This document shows, in pieces, positions 38,072 through 48,063 of a DNA stretch of 64,000 bases. Origin of the DNA: an uncultured Bacilli bacterium (GTDB taxonomy: Bacteria > Bacillota_I > Bacilli_A > RF39 > UBA660); the NCBI GenBank assembly GCA_934141245.1, contig CAKPCB010000001.1, positions 21,259-85,258 on the forward strand. The letters run 5' to 3'. Position 1 is the stretch's first letter. Each line of letters begins with the position of its first letter. Position numbers and translations under genes: made by a program. Below the pieces are notes generated by a model. The model searched no databases, was not told the DNA's origin, and was given only the letters and a program-made list of their open reading frames with translations.

Positions 38072-39067
38072 GTGATTTATTTGGGAATACTTTTATTAAC
38101 AAAATCTATATTTGCGATTATGATTGGTTTTTTATCATCTGTTGTATTAGGATTGATTATGATACCAATGTTGAAGAGAATGCATGTAGGTCAAAAAATT
38201 AGTATATTTGTTGGAGAAAATCACAAGAAAAAAGAGGGTACACCTACAATGGGTGGGTTGATATTTATACTTTCAACATTTTTTACAACTCTTTGTCTTT
38301 TAGTCACTAAAAAAATTGAACTTACTAACAATCTAATTATTATTTTACTTGTGTTTTTAGGATATGCTTTAATTGGATTTTTAGATGATTATATTAGTCT
38401 TAAAAGAGGAAATAATGAAGGATTAACGTCTTTTCAAAAATTATTTTTGCAACTTATAATTGCACTTGGCTTTTTCTATTTATATATGAAAAATGGTGGA
38501 CAAACTGCACTTATTGTCTCGACTTTAGGAATTCATATTGAGATGGGATGGTTTTATGGGGTATTCTTACTATTTGTTTTGGTAGGGGCATCAAATGCAG
38601 TTAACCTAACTGATGGCTTAGATGGTTTAGCTGGTGGATTGTCAGCAATTGCGTTTATTGCATTTAGCTTAATTTCTTTAATGGTTGGTTTTGAAGAAAT
38701 AGGAATATTTACATTTATATTAACCGGTTCAATAATGGGATTTTTAATATTTAATACATATCCTGCAAAGGTGTTTATGGGAGACACAGGTAGTTTAGCA
38801 CTAGGTGCTGTTATGGCCGCTGTTGCAATATTAACACACAGAGAGGTTACTTTACTTATTGTAGCTAGTGTGTTCGTAATAGAGACATTAAGTGTCATCT
38901 TGCAAGTAATTTGGTTAAGGCTATTTAAGAAAAAGTTGTTCTTAATGACACCATTACACCATCATTTTGAAAAACTTGGTTGGAGTGAACAAGATATTGT
39001 AAAATTATTCTGGGTTGTTGGATTGATTTTAACAATGGCAGGTATATTTTTTGGAGTTTGGTTATAA
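38072..39067 (+). CDS. mraY: Phospho-N-acetylmuramoyl-pentapeptide transferase
   Basis: GTG start. 10-TM protein with MraY signature blocks NAVNLTDGLDGLAGG, YPAKVFMGDTGSLALG and PLHHHFE. An extended -10 promoter (tagTATAATg) lies in the upstream intergenic region. Confidence 0.9.
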   Translation: MIYLGILLLTKSIFAIMIGFLSSVVLGLIMIPMLKRMHVGQKISIFVGENHKKKEGTPTMGGLIFILSTFFTTLCLLVTKKIELTNNLIIILLVFLGYALIGFLDDYISLKRGNNEGLTSFQKLFLQLIIALGFFYLYMKNGGQTALIVSTLGIHIEMGWFYGVFLLFVLVGASNAVNLTDGLDGLAGGLSAIAFIAFSLISLMVGFEEIGIFTFILTGSIMGFLIFNTYPAKVFMGDTGSLALGAVMAAVAILTHREVTLLIVASVFVIETLSVILQVIWLRLFKKKLFLMTPLHHHFEKLGWSEQDIVKLFWVVGLILTMAGIFFGVWL

Positions 39068-39090
39068 GGCTATTTTAAGCCTTTTTTTCT
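39064..39090 (+). terminator. Rho-independent terminator after mraY
   Basis: Stem ataaggct/agcctttt with loop ATTTTA, followed by a T-run. Confidence 0.6.
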
Positions 39091-39162
39091 TGCTTTTTCA
39101 TTTACTTAATTATTTAATTTTGCTATAATTACTATAGTTTATAATAAGGAAGTGATTAACAT

Positions 39163-41058
39163 ATGCTAAATAGCATTGGCTTAACTATATCTGGCTTTGT
39201 TTTTATACTTTTAATCGCAATTGTTTATTTATCAAAGAAAAAGTATAATAATTTACAAAACGTTATATACAGATTTTTGTTATTTACAACGATAGCAGTT
39301 TTAATATTAGAATTTATATGTGTTTTTACAATGTATAATAGTGTTGAGTTTGGAAAATTAGTTATACTAAATGAGTTTTTATGCAGAATCTATATTCTAA
39401 CTTATATTGCATTATTTGTAGGAATAATAGGTTATGTAAGAAGTCTTACTATAGATAAAACTTATAATAAACCTATAGAATTTTTTCAAGAAAAATTTAT
39501 GGGTACACTAATTGTAATAGCTTCAGTTTTGTACTTTATATCTTGCTTTTTTGAATTTAAATTTACATCAGGAACTGGAATAAATAAAGTTTATGTAACT
39601 GGAGGTCTACCTGTATATGTTTTATATATTGCTTTTGCTTTTGCGGGCGTATATATGACAGTTGCTCTTTTAAAGGATATTAATAAGGAAAATGTTTCAA
39701 AAAGAGTTCCATTAATACTTTTTTTGATTATTTACTTTTTTATAGGAGTTATTCAACTATATACAATTGATATAAATGATCTTACTTATTTATTTGCTTT
39801 TAGTATAATTGCAATTTATTTTACACTTGAAAACCAAGATGTAATATTAGTAAATGAACTAGAAATAGCTAAGAGCGAAGCAGAACGTGCAGATAAAGCC
39901 AAGACAGCATTTTTATCAAAAATGTCGCATGAGATAAGAACTCCTATGAATGCAATAATGGGATTTAGTGAAACACTTCTAAATAATAATAAACTAACTA
40001 CTAAAGAGTTAAAAGAAGATGTCGGTAATATTTATAAAGCAGGTAATGATTTATTAGAAATAATTAATAATATATTAAATTTATCAAGAATTGAGTCCGG
40101 AAAAGAAAAATTGGAAAATCTTGAGTATTATATTGGTGACATAGTATTTGAACTAAATAGTTTTATATATGCAAGAATAGATAAAACCAAAGTTAAATTT
40201 ATAATTGATATTGATCAAGATATTCCATCTAAGCTACTTGGAGATAGATTAAAGATATATACAGTTTTATCAAATATTTTGGAAAATTCAGTACAATTTA
40301 CTTCAAAAGGTGAAATAAAACTTTCTATAAGATGTAAAAATGAAGGAAATATTTCGCACTTGTTATTTGAAGTGTCAGATACTGGTCAAGGAATAAAGAA
40401 AGAAGATTTTGAAAAAGTATTCAATTCATTTACTATGTCAGAAGTAACTGGAGACAATTATAGTGGAATTGGGCTAGGATTAGTTATATCAAAAAAACTT
40501 GTAGAAATGATGAATGGTACTATTTCTTTTGATAGTGAATATGGTGTTGGAACTAAGTTTTATGTAAAGATAGATCAACAAATAATTGATAAAACAGAAA
40601 TTGGTAACATTTTAAAAGAAGAAGAAATTTCTTCGAAGGTAAAAGAAAAAGAATTTTACTTTGATTGTTCTAAATATAGTGTGTTAATAGTGGATGATAA
40701 TAAATTGAATTTGAAAGTAGTTAATAGACTATTAGAACCATACAATATAAAATGTGAAAATGTAGAGAGTGGCAAAGAATGCATTGAGAAGGTAAAGTCT
40801 GGAAAGAAATATGACTTAATCTTTCTAGATCACATGATGCCAGATTTAGACGGTATTGAAACAATTAGAATATTGAAAAAAATGACAGAGAAAACTCTTC
40901 CACCTATAGTTGCCATGACAGCTAATGTTGTTACTGAATTTAGAGAAAAGTATATAAAAGAAGGGTTTGATGATTATATATCTAAACCTATTGATATAAA
41001 AAGACTTAACAAATTATTAAAAAAATACTTTTATAAAGAGAAGAAAAAGAGGAAGTAG
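39163..41058 (+). CDS. Hybrid sensor histidine kinase (6-TM sensor, HisKA, HATPase_c, C-terminal receiver)
   Basis: H-box [19 protein letters not shown]-box [13 protein letters not shown]1 DTGQGI, G2 [12 protein letters not shown]. Receiver with [11 protein letters not shown] and [13 protein letters not shown]. Confidence 0.8.
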   Translation: MLNSIGLTISGFVFILLIAIVYLSKKKYNNLQNVIYRFLLFTTIAVLILEFICVFTMYNSVEFGKLVILNEFLCRIYILTYIALFVGIIGYVRSLTIDKTYNKPIEFFQEKFMGTLIVIASVLYFISCFFEFKFTSGTGINKVYVTGGLPVYVLYIAFAFAGVYMTVALLKDINKENVSKRVPLILFLIIYFFIGVIQLYTIDINDLTYLFAFSIIAIYFTLENQDVILVNELEIAKSEAERADKAKTAFLSKMSHEIRTPMNAIMGFSETLLNNNKLTTKELKEDVGNIYKAGNDLLEIINNILNLSRIESGKEKLENLEYYIGDIVFELNSFIYARIDKTKVKFIIDIDQDIPSKLLGDRLKIYTVLSNILENSVQFTSKGEIKLSIRCKNEGNISHLLFEVSDTGQGIKKEDFEKVFNSFTMSEVTGDNYSGIGLGLVISKKLVEMMNGTISFDSEYGVGTKFYVKIDQQIIDKTEIGNILKEEEISSKVKEKEFYFDCSKYSVLIVDDNKLNLKVVNRLLEPYNIKCENVESGKECIEKVKSGKKYDLIFLDHMMPDLDGIETIRILKKMTEKTLPPIVAMTANVVTEFREKYIKEGFDDYISKPIDIKRLNKLLKKYFYKEKKKRK

Positions 41059-41066
41059 GTGATTTT

Positions 41067-42920
41067 ATGTTAGGTGAGATATTAGTATCTGTTGGTGCAT
41101 TAATTTTTGCTATGCTTTTAACAGTTATATACTTTGTAAAGGCAAAGAAAACACAAGTTAATAACATATTTTATAAAATTGCATTGATTCTCATAAGTGT
41201 TACTATAGTTAGTGAATTATCTACAGTTTGTTCAATGTTCTTTTTGAAAGATATGCCTAATATAGGTAATACTTTAGCAAGAATTAATGGGTTATTAACT
41301 ATAACTTGGGTTGTTTCTATCGCTTGCTATATAGTGACACTTGGTGAGGCATATGTTAAAAAAAGTGTATTTGAATATATTAAAGAAAATAGGAATATAA
41401 AAAACATAATAATACTATATGTTATAATTGTTATTGTATACTTTTTTATAAAGTTTGATAACGTTGTTACTGATCGATATGCATACATTTCTGGACCAGC
41501 ACTGTATTATATATATATAGTTGGTGTATTTACTACAATAGTAGCAATATTAACAGTTGTTAGAAATAAAGCAAATCTTACAATTGGAAAGAGAATTCCA
41601 ATATTTGCGGGTATAGTTGAAACAATATTGTCTATGATATTTCAACTTATGTTTCCAAATGTTTTAGTTATATCGGGAAGCTTTGTGTTTAAATTATATT
41701 TGGTATATTTTATGTTTGAAAATCCAGATTTATATTTAATTGATGAACTTAATAAAGCAAAGAAAAAAGCTGAGGATTCTAACAAGGCTAAATCAGATTT
41801 CTTATCTAATATGTCACATGAAATAAGAACTCCTATGAATGCAATAATGGGATTTAGTGAGACAATACTAAATGATAAAAAAGTAAATGTAGAAAATGCA
41901 AAAAAAGATATAGAACACATTTATATAGCATCTTCTAATCTTTTAGAGATAATGAATAACATACTTGATATTTCTAGAATTGAAACTGGTGAAGAAAAAT
42001 TAGATAATAAAGATTATAGTATTGGAAATATAGTATTAGAATTAAAAAGTATAATAGACGCTAGACTTAATAATCCTAAAGTTAAATTTATTACTAATGT
42101 AGATGAAAATATTCCATCAAAATTATTTGGTGATAAAACTAAAGTTTTTCAAATATTACTTAACATATTGAGTAATTCAGTTAAATATACAGAAGTTGGT
42201 AAGATTGAACTTTATGTTACTGCAGATGTAAAAGGAAATAATGCTAATTTGCATTTTAAAGTTTCTGATACTGGCTTTGGTATAAAAGAAGAAGACTATG
42301 ATAAAATATTTGAAAAGTTTTCTAGATTAGATAATGCAACTAGGAATGAAATAGAGGGTACCGGTTTGGGACTTGTTATAACAAAAAAATTAGTTAATTT
42401 ACTAGGTGGAAAAATTTGGTTTGAAAGTCAATATGGTGCTGGTACAACATTTTATGTTGATATTACACAGCAAATTGTTGATAGTTCTAAATTAGGTAAC
42501 ATATTAACCGAAAAAGGTATAACAAGCGAAAGAAATTATCTTGATTGTTCAAAATATAAAGTTTTAATTGTAGATGATAATAAATTGAATTTGAAAGTTG
42601 CAGAAAAAATTCTTACTCCATATAAATTTTCAATCACTACATTAAACGGAGGAAGGGAATGTGTAGATAATATCAAAGAGGGTAATAAATATGACATGAT
42701 TTTTCTAGATCATATGATGCCAGAATTAGATGGAATTGAAGTTTTACATATATTAGAAAAATTAGATAGTTATGACATTCCACCAGTTGTTGCATTAACA
42801 GCAAACGCAATAACAGGAATGAAAGAAATGTATTTAAATGAAGGGTTTGATGAGTATTTAGCAAAACCTATAAATATAAGTGAACTTGATAAAATCATAA
42901 ATAAGTATTTTAAGAAATAA
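41067..42920 (+). CDS. Hybrid sensor histidine kinase, tandem paralogue of the preceding gene
   Basis: Same architecture as the preceding kinase, with near-identical H-box [18 protein letters not shown] and receiver [11 protein letters not shown]...[12 protein letters not shown]. The N-terminal 6-TM domain is divergent but colinear. Confidence 0.8.
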   Translation: MLGEILVSVGALIFAMLLTVIYFVKAKKTQVNNIFYKIALILISVTIVSELSTVCSMFFLKDMPNIGNTLARINGLLTITWVVSIACYIVTLGEAYVKKSVFEYIKENRNIKNIIILYVIIVIVYFFIKFDNVVTDRYAYISGPALYYIYIVGVFTTIVAILTVVRNKANLTIGKRIPIFAGIVETILSMIFQLMFPNVLVISGSFVFKLYLVYFMFENPDLYLIDELNKAKKKAEDSNKAKSDFLSNMSHEIRTPMNAIMGFSETILNDKKVNVENAKKDIEHIYIASSNLLEIMNNILDISRIETGEEKLDNKDYSIGNIVLELKSIIDARLNNPKVKFITNVDENIPSKLFGDKTKVFQILLNILSNSVKYTEVGKIELYVTADVKGNNANLHFKVSDTGFGIKEEDYDKIFEKFSRLDNATRNEIEGTGLGLVITKKLVNLLGGKIWFESQYGAGTTFYVDITQQIVDSSKLGNILTEKGITSERNYLDCSKYKVLIVDDNKLNLKVAEKILTPYKFSITTLNGGRECVDNIKEGNKYDMIFLDHMMPELDGIEVLHILEKLDSYDIPPVVALTANAITGMKEMYLNEGFDEYLAKPINISELDKIINKYFKK

Positions 42921-43298
42921 ATGGAGGTTATAAAGATGGAAAATAAAATGGAATTTTTAAAACAAAATGGAATGGATATGGATTCAGCATTATCATATTT
43001 AGGTGACTATGAAACTATTGATGAAATAATTAGAGATTTTTATGATGGTTTAGATTCACAATTACAGCAATTAGAAGATTTGAAAAATCAAAAAGATATG
43101 GCAAATTATGCAATATATGTACATGCATTAAAAAGTAATTACAGATCTTTAGGATTAAAAGAATATGCGGAAGATGCTTATCAACATGAATTACAGAGTA
43201 AGGCAAATAATATAGAATTTGTAGAAAATAATTTCAACACTTTAATTAATGATAAAGAAAGAATTAAAAGAATAATAGAAAAATATAAAACTATGTAA
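42921..43298 (+). CDS. Hpt (histidine phosphotransfer) domain protein
   Basis: 125 aa, starting 1 nt after the kinase stop. Hpt consensus HALKSNYRSLG (HxxKGxxxxxG with the phospho-accepting His). Confidence 0.6.
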   Translation: MEVIKMENKMEFLKQNGMDMDSALSYLGDYETIDEIIRDFYDGLDSQLQQLEDLKNQKDMANYAIYVHALKSNYRSLGLKEYAEDAYQHELQSKANNIEFVENNFNTLINDKERIKRIIEKYKTM

Positions 43299-43311
43299 AA
43301 GGGGACTGTGT

Positions 43312-44883
43312 ATGATTGATGAAAACATTAAACTAATACATTCTGAAATTTTGAATTGCTTTAACAGTATACATGTAATTAACATTGATTTGGATAAAGT
43401 GTATACATATAATATCATTGATGGAAAAATAAATAATACTAGCTCTGTCTCATTTTTTGATTTTATGCAAGATATATCATCAAAAATAGAACCAAATGAT
43501 GTAAATGGATATTTTGATAGTATTTCTGCAAATAAAATAGAGAAAAATAATGGAGTTGTTGTATATAACTATAAAATTAAGGAAAATGATAAATATAAAA
43601 AGTGCATAAATATTTCTAAACTTATAACAAATCAATATGGAAAAATAGTTATATCAGCATCAATGTATGACAATTCTATTGATCATGAAAACACTGAATT
43701 AAATGATTTAAAAGCTAAATTTTCAAATGTAACAAATAGAGTTTCAGATATTATATTAAAGGTATTTAATGCATTGGATTCAAATTCACTTAATATGAAT
43801 ACTAGTAATTATATAACTACATTACTTCAAGAATTAGTAAAAGAATTTCCTGATTTTGATAAAGAACTTGAAAAAAATATGATATCTCAAGTTAGCAAAA
43901 CACAAAATGCATTATTAATAGTCGATGATGATCCAATGACTAGAAATTTAATTAAGAAAACTTTTAATGACAAGTATGAAATAATAATGGCAACTAATGG
44001 AAAAGAAGCAATGGAAACTTTAGATAGAATTGGATTTGATAATATAGTTGGTATATTTCTTGATTTAATGATGCCAGTTGTTGATGGTTTTGCAGTGCTA
44101 GAGTATTTAAGAAATAAGAACGTATTATCAAGAATACCCGTTATAATAATAAGCGGTACTGAAGAAAAAGAAACAAGACAAAAAGTTTACAAGTATAATA
44201 TTGCAGATTTACTAGAAAAACCATTTAATCTTGATATAATCAAATATAGAACTAAAAATTTAATAAATTTATACAAAACAAGCAATGCATTAAACAATAT
44301 GGTTTTTTCACAACACAATGATTTAATGTCTATTATAAAAGAAATTGAGAAGTCATATAAATATGATAATAAATCTGATTTTGATAACATTAAAAAATAT
44401 TTTGATATTATCATAAAACAAGTTTTAAGTGATTGGCCAGAGTATAGACTTTCTGACTATGAAATAAATAATATAAAGAAATCAATTGAATTTTATAACA
44501 TAGGTCTTTACTTATTACCTAGATATTTAGGAAAAAATGGAAATATATCAAAAGAAGAAGTTGAAATAATAAAGAAACATCCTATTTTAGGTAGTAAAAT
44601 AGTAAGTAAGATATTAATTACTACAAAGGATGAAGATTTAATTGATTGTGCCACTAAATTAACTAGTATGTGTTATGAAAGATATGATGGAAGTGGATAT
44701 CCTGAGGGTATTAGTGGAGATAACATTCCATTTTGGATACAATGTGTATCTTTATCTATAGATATTAATATAGCTTTAAAGCAAAATATAGACATGAATG
44801 TATTTATTCAAAAATCATCAGCCAAATATAATCCAAAGATAATTGATAGTTTAAAAAAAGTAATAGAGCAACTAAAAAGATAA
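43312..44883 (+). CDS. Response regulator: unknown N-terminal domain + receiver + HD-GYP-like (apparently degenerate) output domain
   Basis: Receiver ALLIVDDDPMTRN and FLDLMMPVVDG. C-terminal ERYDGSGYPEG is the GYP signature. The HD position reads YNIG and HHE reads CYE, suggesting loss of the catalytic metal ligands. Confidence 0.7.
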   Translation: MIDENIKLIHSEILNCFNSIHVINIDLDKVYTYNIIDGKINNTSSVSFFDFMQDISSKIEPNDVNGYFDSISANKIEKNNGVVVYNYKIKENDKYKKCINISKLITNQYGKIVISASMYDNSIDHENTELNDLKAKFSNVTNRVSDIILKVFNALDSNSLNMNTSNYITTLLQELVKEFPDFDKELEKNMISQVSKTQNALLIVDDDPMTRNLIKKTFNDKYEIIMATNGKEAMETLDRIGFDNIVGIFLDLMMPVVDGFAVLEYLRNKNVLSRIPVIIISGTEEKETRQKVYKYNIADLLEKPFNLDIIKYRTKNLINLYKTSNALNNMVFSQHNDLMSIIKEIEKSYKYDNKSDFDNIKKYFDIIIKQVLSDWPEYRLSDYEINNIKKSIEFYNIGLYLLPRYLGKNGNISKEEVEIIKKHPILGSKIVSKILITTKDEDLIDCATKLTSMCYERYDGSGYPEGISGDNIPFWIQCVSLSIDINIALKQNIDMNVFIQKSSAKYNPKIIDSLKKVIEQLKR

Positions 44884-44915
44884 TAAATTTTAAAATTTAT
44901 TGTCTTTTTTTTAGG
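44883..44915 (+). terminator. Weak AT-only hairpin + T-run after the response regulator gene
   Basis: Palindrome ataaattttaaaatttat followed by gtcTTTTTTTT. Confidence 0.4.
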
Positions 44916-44925
44916 ATTAATCAAA

Positions 44926-47040
44926 TTGACTTACTATATTTATAAATGTAAGGAGGTGAGATTAATAAGGCGTTATGAATGCGTCTATCAGGAATGTGAA
45001 AATGATTGTGCAGTTGCAGCACTCTTAACTATTATTAAAACTTATGGTGGTAGAGTTTCGAAAGAATATTTGAGAGTTTTGACAAATACAAGTAAAACTG
45101 GTACTAATGCTTATTATATATTAGAAGCAGCAAAGTACTTAGGTTTTGATACAAGGGCATTAACTGGAAATGTTAAAAATTTAAAGAAAACTATGCTTCC
45201 TTGTATAGCACACGTTATTTTAGAATCAAAATATAAGCATTTCGTTGTTATACATAGCATTGGTAATAATAGTATTGTAATCGCGGATCCATCAAAAGGA
45301 ATATTAAAAATGAGTATAGAGGAGTTTCAAAAGATAAGTACAAGTAATTATTTAATATTAATACCTAAAAAACAGCTCCCATACATTAAAGATGATAAAA
45401 CCTTAATAATTAATATAAAAGAATATATTTACAAAAATAAAAAAATAATTATTAGTATATTATTCTTTTCGATTGTTTATACTTTTATTAATATTTTAAC
45501 ATCATATGGATTTCAATTTGTAATAGAAGATTCTATTAACATACAATCAAAGAACAATTTATATTTTATAATTATATTGTTACTAGTATTATCCTTTATG
45601 AAACATTTAACAGATTTTGTAAGATTTAACTTGTTTAATTATATAAATCACAAATTAGATTTTTTACTTACTATAGATGTATTTAAACACTTATTATCAC
45701 TTCCTTATCAATATTATAAAACCAGAACAAGAGGAGATATTATATTTAGAATTAATGATTTAAGTAATATTAGACAGTCTTTATCCAATATTTTTATGTG
45801 TATTTTTGTTGATGGGTTATTAGCGGTATTCATGTTTATTTCATTATTAAAAATAAATAAATACCTAAGTGCTTTGTCACTAATTGTAATAGTTTTATAC
45901 TATTTTGTTATTAAAACATTTTCATATCCAAATAGTATTAATTTATTAGAAAGTAAAAAAAGTGCATCTAGTATTAATAATGACTTTATTGAAACACTTA
46001 CTTCGATTGATACAATTAAAAACTTAAAACTAGAAGAAGAGTTTAAAGATAAAATAAATGACTCTTATCTAAACTATTTAAGAAAGAGTTTTAACTTTAA
46101 TAAGACAATTAATATAGAAATCTTATTTAAAAATTTAATTGATAGTTTTGGAAAGTATTTTATATTATTTTTAGGTAGCATATTCGTGTTAAAAGAAGAA
46201 ATAACATTAACACAACTAATAACATATAATTCATTAATTATATATTTTTTAGAACCTATAAAAAATATTATTAATTTAGATGTTGATATTAAAAATATGA
46301 AAATATCGATAAAGAGAATAATAGAATTGTATAACGTTGGTAAAGAATTTAATAAAATAGATGAAAAATATACAAATAAAGAACTAATTGGAAATATAAA
46401 AATTAATGATTTAAATTATTCTTATAATGGTCGGAATAAAGTATTAAATAAAGTTAATTTAGATATTAAATCAGGTGAAAAAATATTTATTTGTGGAAAT
46501 AGTGGAAGTGGAAAGAGTACACTAGTGAAAATATTAATGAAGTATTTAAATGTTGAAAATGAAAAAGTATTATTAGATGATAAAGACATAAATAATTATA
46601 ATATTTTAGAAATAAGGCGTGACATTTGTTATGTATCACAAAATGAATCATTATTTACAGATTCAATATATAATAATATTATTTTAAATAGAAACATTGA
46701 TTACGATTCATTTTTATCTATTTGTAAAAAACTTGGAATTGACAAAATAGCAAATAAAAATATAAACGGATATAATATGACTTTGGAAGAAAATGGATTT
46801 AATTTAAGTGGTGGAGAAAGACAAAGAATTATAATGGCTAGAGCATTACTAAAAAATAGTAGTATATATATTTTTGATGAAAGTTTAAGTCAAATTGATA
46901 TAGAATCAGAAAGAAATATACTAGGCAAAATATTTAAACTTTATAGTAATAAAACAATTATAATGATATCCCATAGATTTGATAATCAAGACTTGTTTGA
47001 CAAAAGCTATAAACTAGAAGGAGGGATATTATATAACTGA
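44926..47040 (+). CDS. Bacteriocin-processing ABC exporter with N-terminal C39 peptidase domain (LagD/ComA-like)
   Basis: C39 motif YQECENDCAVAALLTIIKTYGG (Cys active site) and downstream His region HFVVIH. 6-TM domain. Walker A GNSGSGKST, signature LSGGERQRIIMARAL, Walker B IYIFDES. The true start may be the GTG at 44957 after RBS AAGGAGG. Confidence 0.85.
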   Translation: MTYYIYKCKEVRLIRRYECVYQECENDCAVAALLTIIKTYGGRVSKEYLRVLTNTSKTGTNAYYILEAAKYLGFDTRALTGNVKNLKKTMLPCIAHVILESKYKHFVVIHSIGNNSIVIADPSKGILKMSIEEFQKISTSNYLILIPKKQLPYIKDDKTLIINIKEYIYKNKKIIISILFFSIVYTFINILTSYGFQFVIEDSINIQSKNNLYFIIILLLVLSFMKHLTDFVRFNLFNYINHKLDFLLTIDVFKHLLSLPYQYYKTRTRGDIIFRINDLSNIRQSLSNIFMCIFVDGLLAVFMFISLLKINKYLSALSLIVIVLYYFVIKTFSYPNSINLLESKKSASSINNDFIETLTSIDTIKNLKLEEEFKDKINDSYLNYLRKSFNFNKTINIEILFKNLIDSFGKYFILFLGSIFVLKEEITLTQLITYNSLIIYFLEPIKNIINLDVDIKNMKISIKRIIELYNVGKEFNKIDEKYTNKELIGNIKINDLNYSYNGRNKVLNKVNLDIKSGEKIFICGNSGSGKSTLVKILMKYLNVENEKVLLDDKDINNYNILEIRRDICYVSQNESLFTDSIYNNIILNRNIDYDSFLSICKKLGIDKIANKNINGYNMTLEENGFNLSGGERQRIIMARALLKNSSIYIFDESLSQIDIESERNILGKIFKLYSNKTIIMISHRFDNQDLFDKSYKLEGGILYN

Positions 47041-47041
47041 A

Positions 47042-47458
47042 ATTGTTAATTATAATTCTATTTATAAGCATGATTTTTCTTTAGCAAGAATCTGGTTTTG
47101 GTTTATAATTATTGTATTTATTATAAGCTTTGTAATTTTTAAAAATATAAAATATTATGTATACTTTAGTGATTATGGTATTGTAACAGAAGAAGGTAAT
47201 ATAAAGATATCAATTAATAAGGCTGATTTAAATAAAATTGTTAATAATACTCAAATAAAAATAAATAATAAATATTTTGCTTACACAATTAAGAGTATTA
47301 ATGAAAGTTTAGATTCAATAAATAATAAGGTAGAAATTATATTAGAAGTTAAGTTGCCAACTAATATTAAAGTTAAAAATAATATATTAGAGTTTAAAAT
47401 ATTACTCAGTGATAAGACCATTTTAGAATATATTGTACATAAGATAGGAGAATTATGA
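47042..47458 (+). CDS. Membrane-anchored protein encoded by an ORF without canonical ATG/GTG start (possible bacteriocin accessory or immunity protein)
   Basis: Hand translation in the frame ending at the TGA at 47456-47458 is stop-free from ~46967. It encodes ...ARIWFWFIIIVFIISFVIFKNIKYYVYFSDYGIVTEEGNIKISINKADLNK...ILEYIVHKIGEL, a TM helix plus a ~100 aa domain. A GGAGGG RBS lies at 47022-47027. Its stop overlaps the ATG of the first GG-leader peptide (ATGA). It is absent from the ORF track; the frame contains in-frame TTG codons at 46979 and 46997 but no in-frame ATG/GTG. Confidence 0.4.
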   Translation: MVNYNSIYKHDFSLARIWFWFIIIVFIISFVIFKNIKYYVYFSDYGIVTEEGNIKISINKADLNKIVNNTQIKINNKYFAYTIKSINESLDSINNKVEIILEVKLPTNIKVKNNILEFKILLSDKTILEYIVHKIGEL

Positions 47459-47592
47459 GTGAATTAAAAAAAGAACAATTAATGAAAATAGAGGGTGGAA
47501 TGTCAACTTGGGCTGCTATAGGAATAGGTGCCGGAATTGTATTCTTGATAGGGGTACTAGATGGATTTTTTAGACCATTGAAATGTAATTAA
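47455..47592 (+). CDS. Double-glycine-leader bacteriocin precursor peptide A (class II, GxxxG-type)
   Basis: 45 aa: MSELKKEQLMKIEGG | MSTWAAIGIGAGIVFLIGVLDGFFRPLKCN. The leader ends in GG with the LxxIxGG pattern recognised by C39 peptidases. The mature peptide is hydrophobic with a GIGAG (GxxxG) motif. It is shorter than any ORF reported in the track. Confidence 0.6.
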   Translation: MSELKKEQLMKIEGGMSTWAAIGIGAGIVFLIGVLDGFFRPLKCN

Positions 47593-47601
47593 GGAGGATG
47601 C

Positions 47602-47769
47602 ATGAGAGAAATAAATATAAAAGATTTAAGTCTTATCGAGGGAGGTATGAATGTATCGGGGACTTTAATTAATGCATTAACATCAGGTATAAAAATTATA
47701 CTTGAGGTTGGAAGATGCTTGGGTTCCGTAATAAGAAGGGGAAGCAATGGTGATGTTTGTAAAATATGA
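47602..47769 (+). CDS. Double-glycine-leader bacteriocin precursor peptide B
   Basis: 55 aa: MREINIKDLSLIEGG | MNVSGTLINALTSGIKIILEVGRCLGSVIRRGSNGDVCKI. RBS AAGGAGGA lies 4 nt upstream. The GG leader matches peptide A in pattern. The mature part has two Cys. Confidence 0.6.
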   Translation: MREINIKDLSLIEGGMNVSGTLINALTSGIKIILEVGRCLGSVIRRGSNGDVCKI

Positions 47770-47924
47770 TGGATAGAATAATTAGAATCAATAAAAGAAA
47801 TTTAAAAGATACTAAAACACTGTTGTATATGATGCTTCTAACACTTTTATCAATTACTATTTTACTAATTGCATTTAATATAGGAACATATTTAGGTTCA
47901 TATTTACAATGTGTTTTTAATTAA
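47766..47924 (+). CDS. Small membrane peptide (52 aa), candidate immunity protein
   Basis: MMDRIIRINKRNLKDTKTLLYMMLLTLLSITILLIAFNIGTYLGSYLQCVFN. One TM helix. Its ATG overlaps the stop of peptide B (ATGA). A strong terminator follows. Confidence 0.4.
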   Translation: MMDRIIRINKRNLKDTKTLLYMMLLTLLSITILLIAFNIGTYLGSYLQCVFN

Positions 47925-47929
47925 TAAAA

Positions 47930-47972
47930 AGCATGATATATAATCACAGTAATTATATCATGCTCTTTTATA
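47930..47972 (+). terminator. Rho-independent terminator closing the bacteriocin locus
   Basis: ~11-bp stem agcatgatata/tatatcatgct with a 13-nt loop, followed by CTTTT. A TTGAAA-16-TATAAT promoter for ftsA follows. Confidence 0.6.
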
Positions 47973-48063
47973 TATATTTATAACTATAAAAACACTTTGA
48001 AATAAAACAAAGATATAGTATAATGTTCTATAGAAGGATAATAAATAGAGGTGAAGTCCTTAT

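Noticed and set aside
44926-44956. TTG start at 44926 for the C39 ABC exporter
   Set aside because: Kept as the feature boundary for safety, but the GTG at 44957 just after AAGGAGG places the C39 catalytic Cys at the usual distance from the N-terminus, so the true start is probably ~30 nt later.
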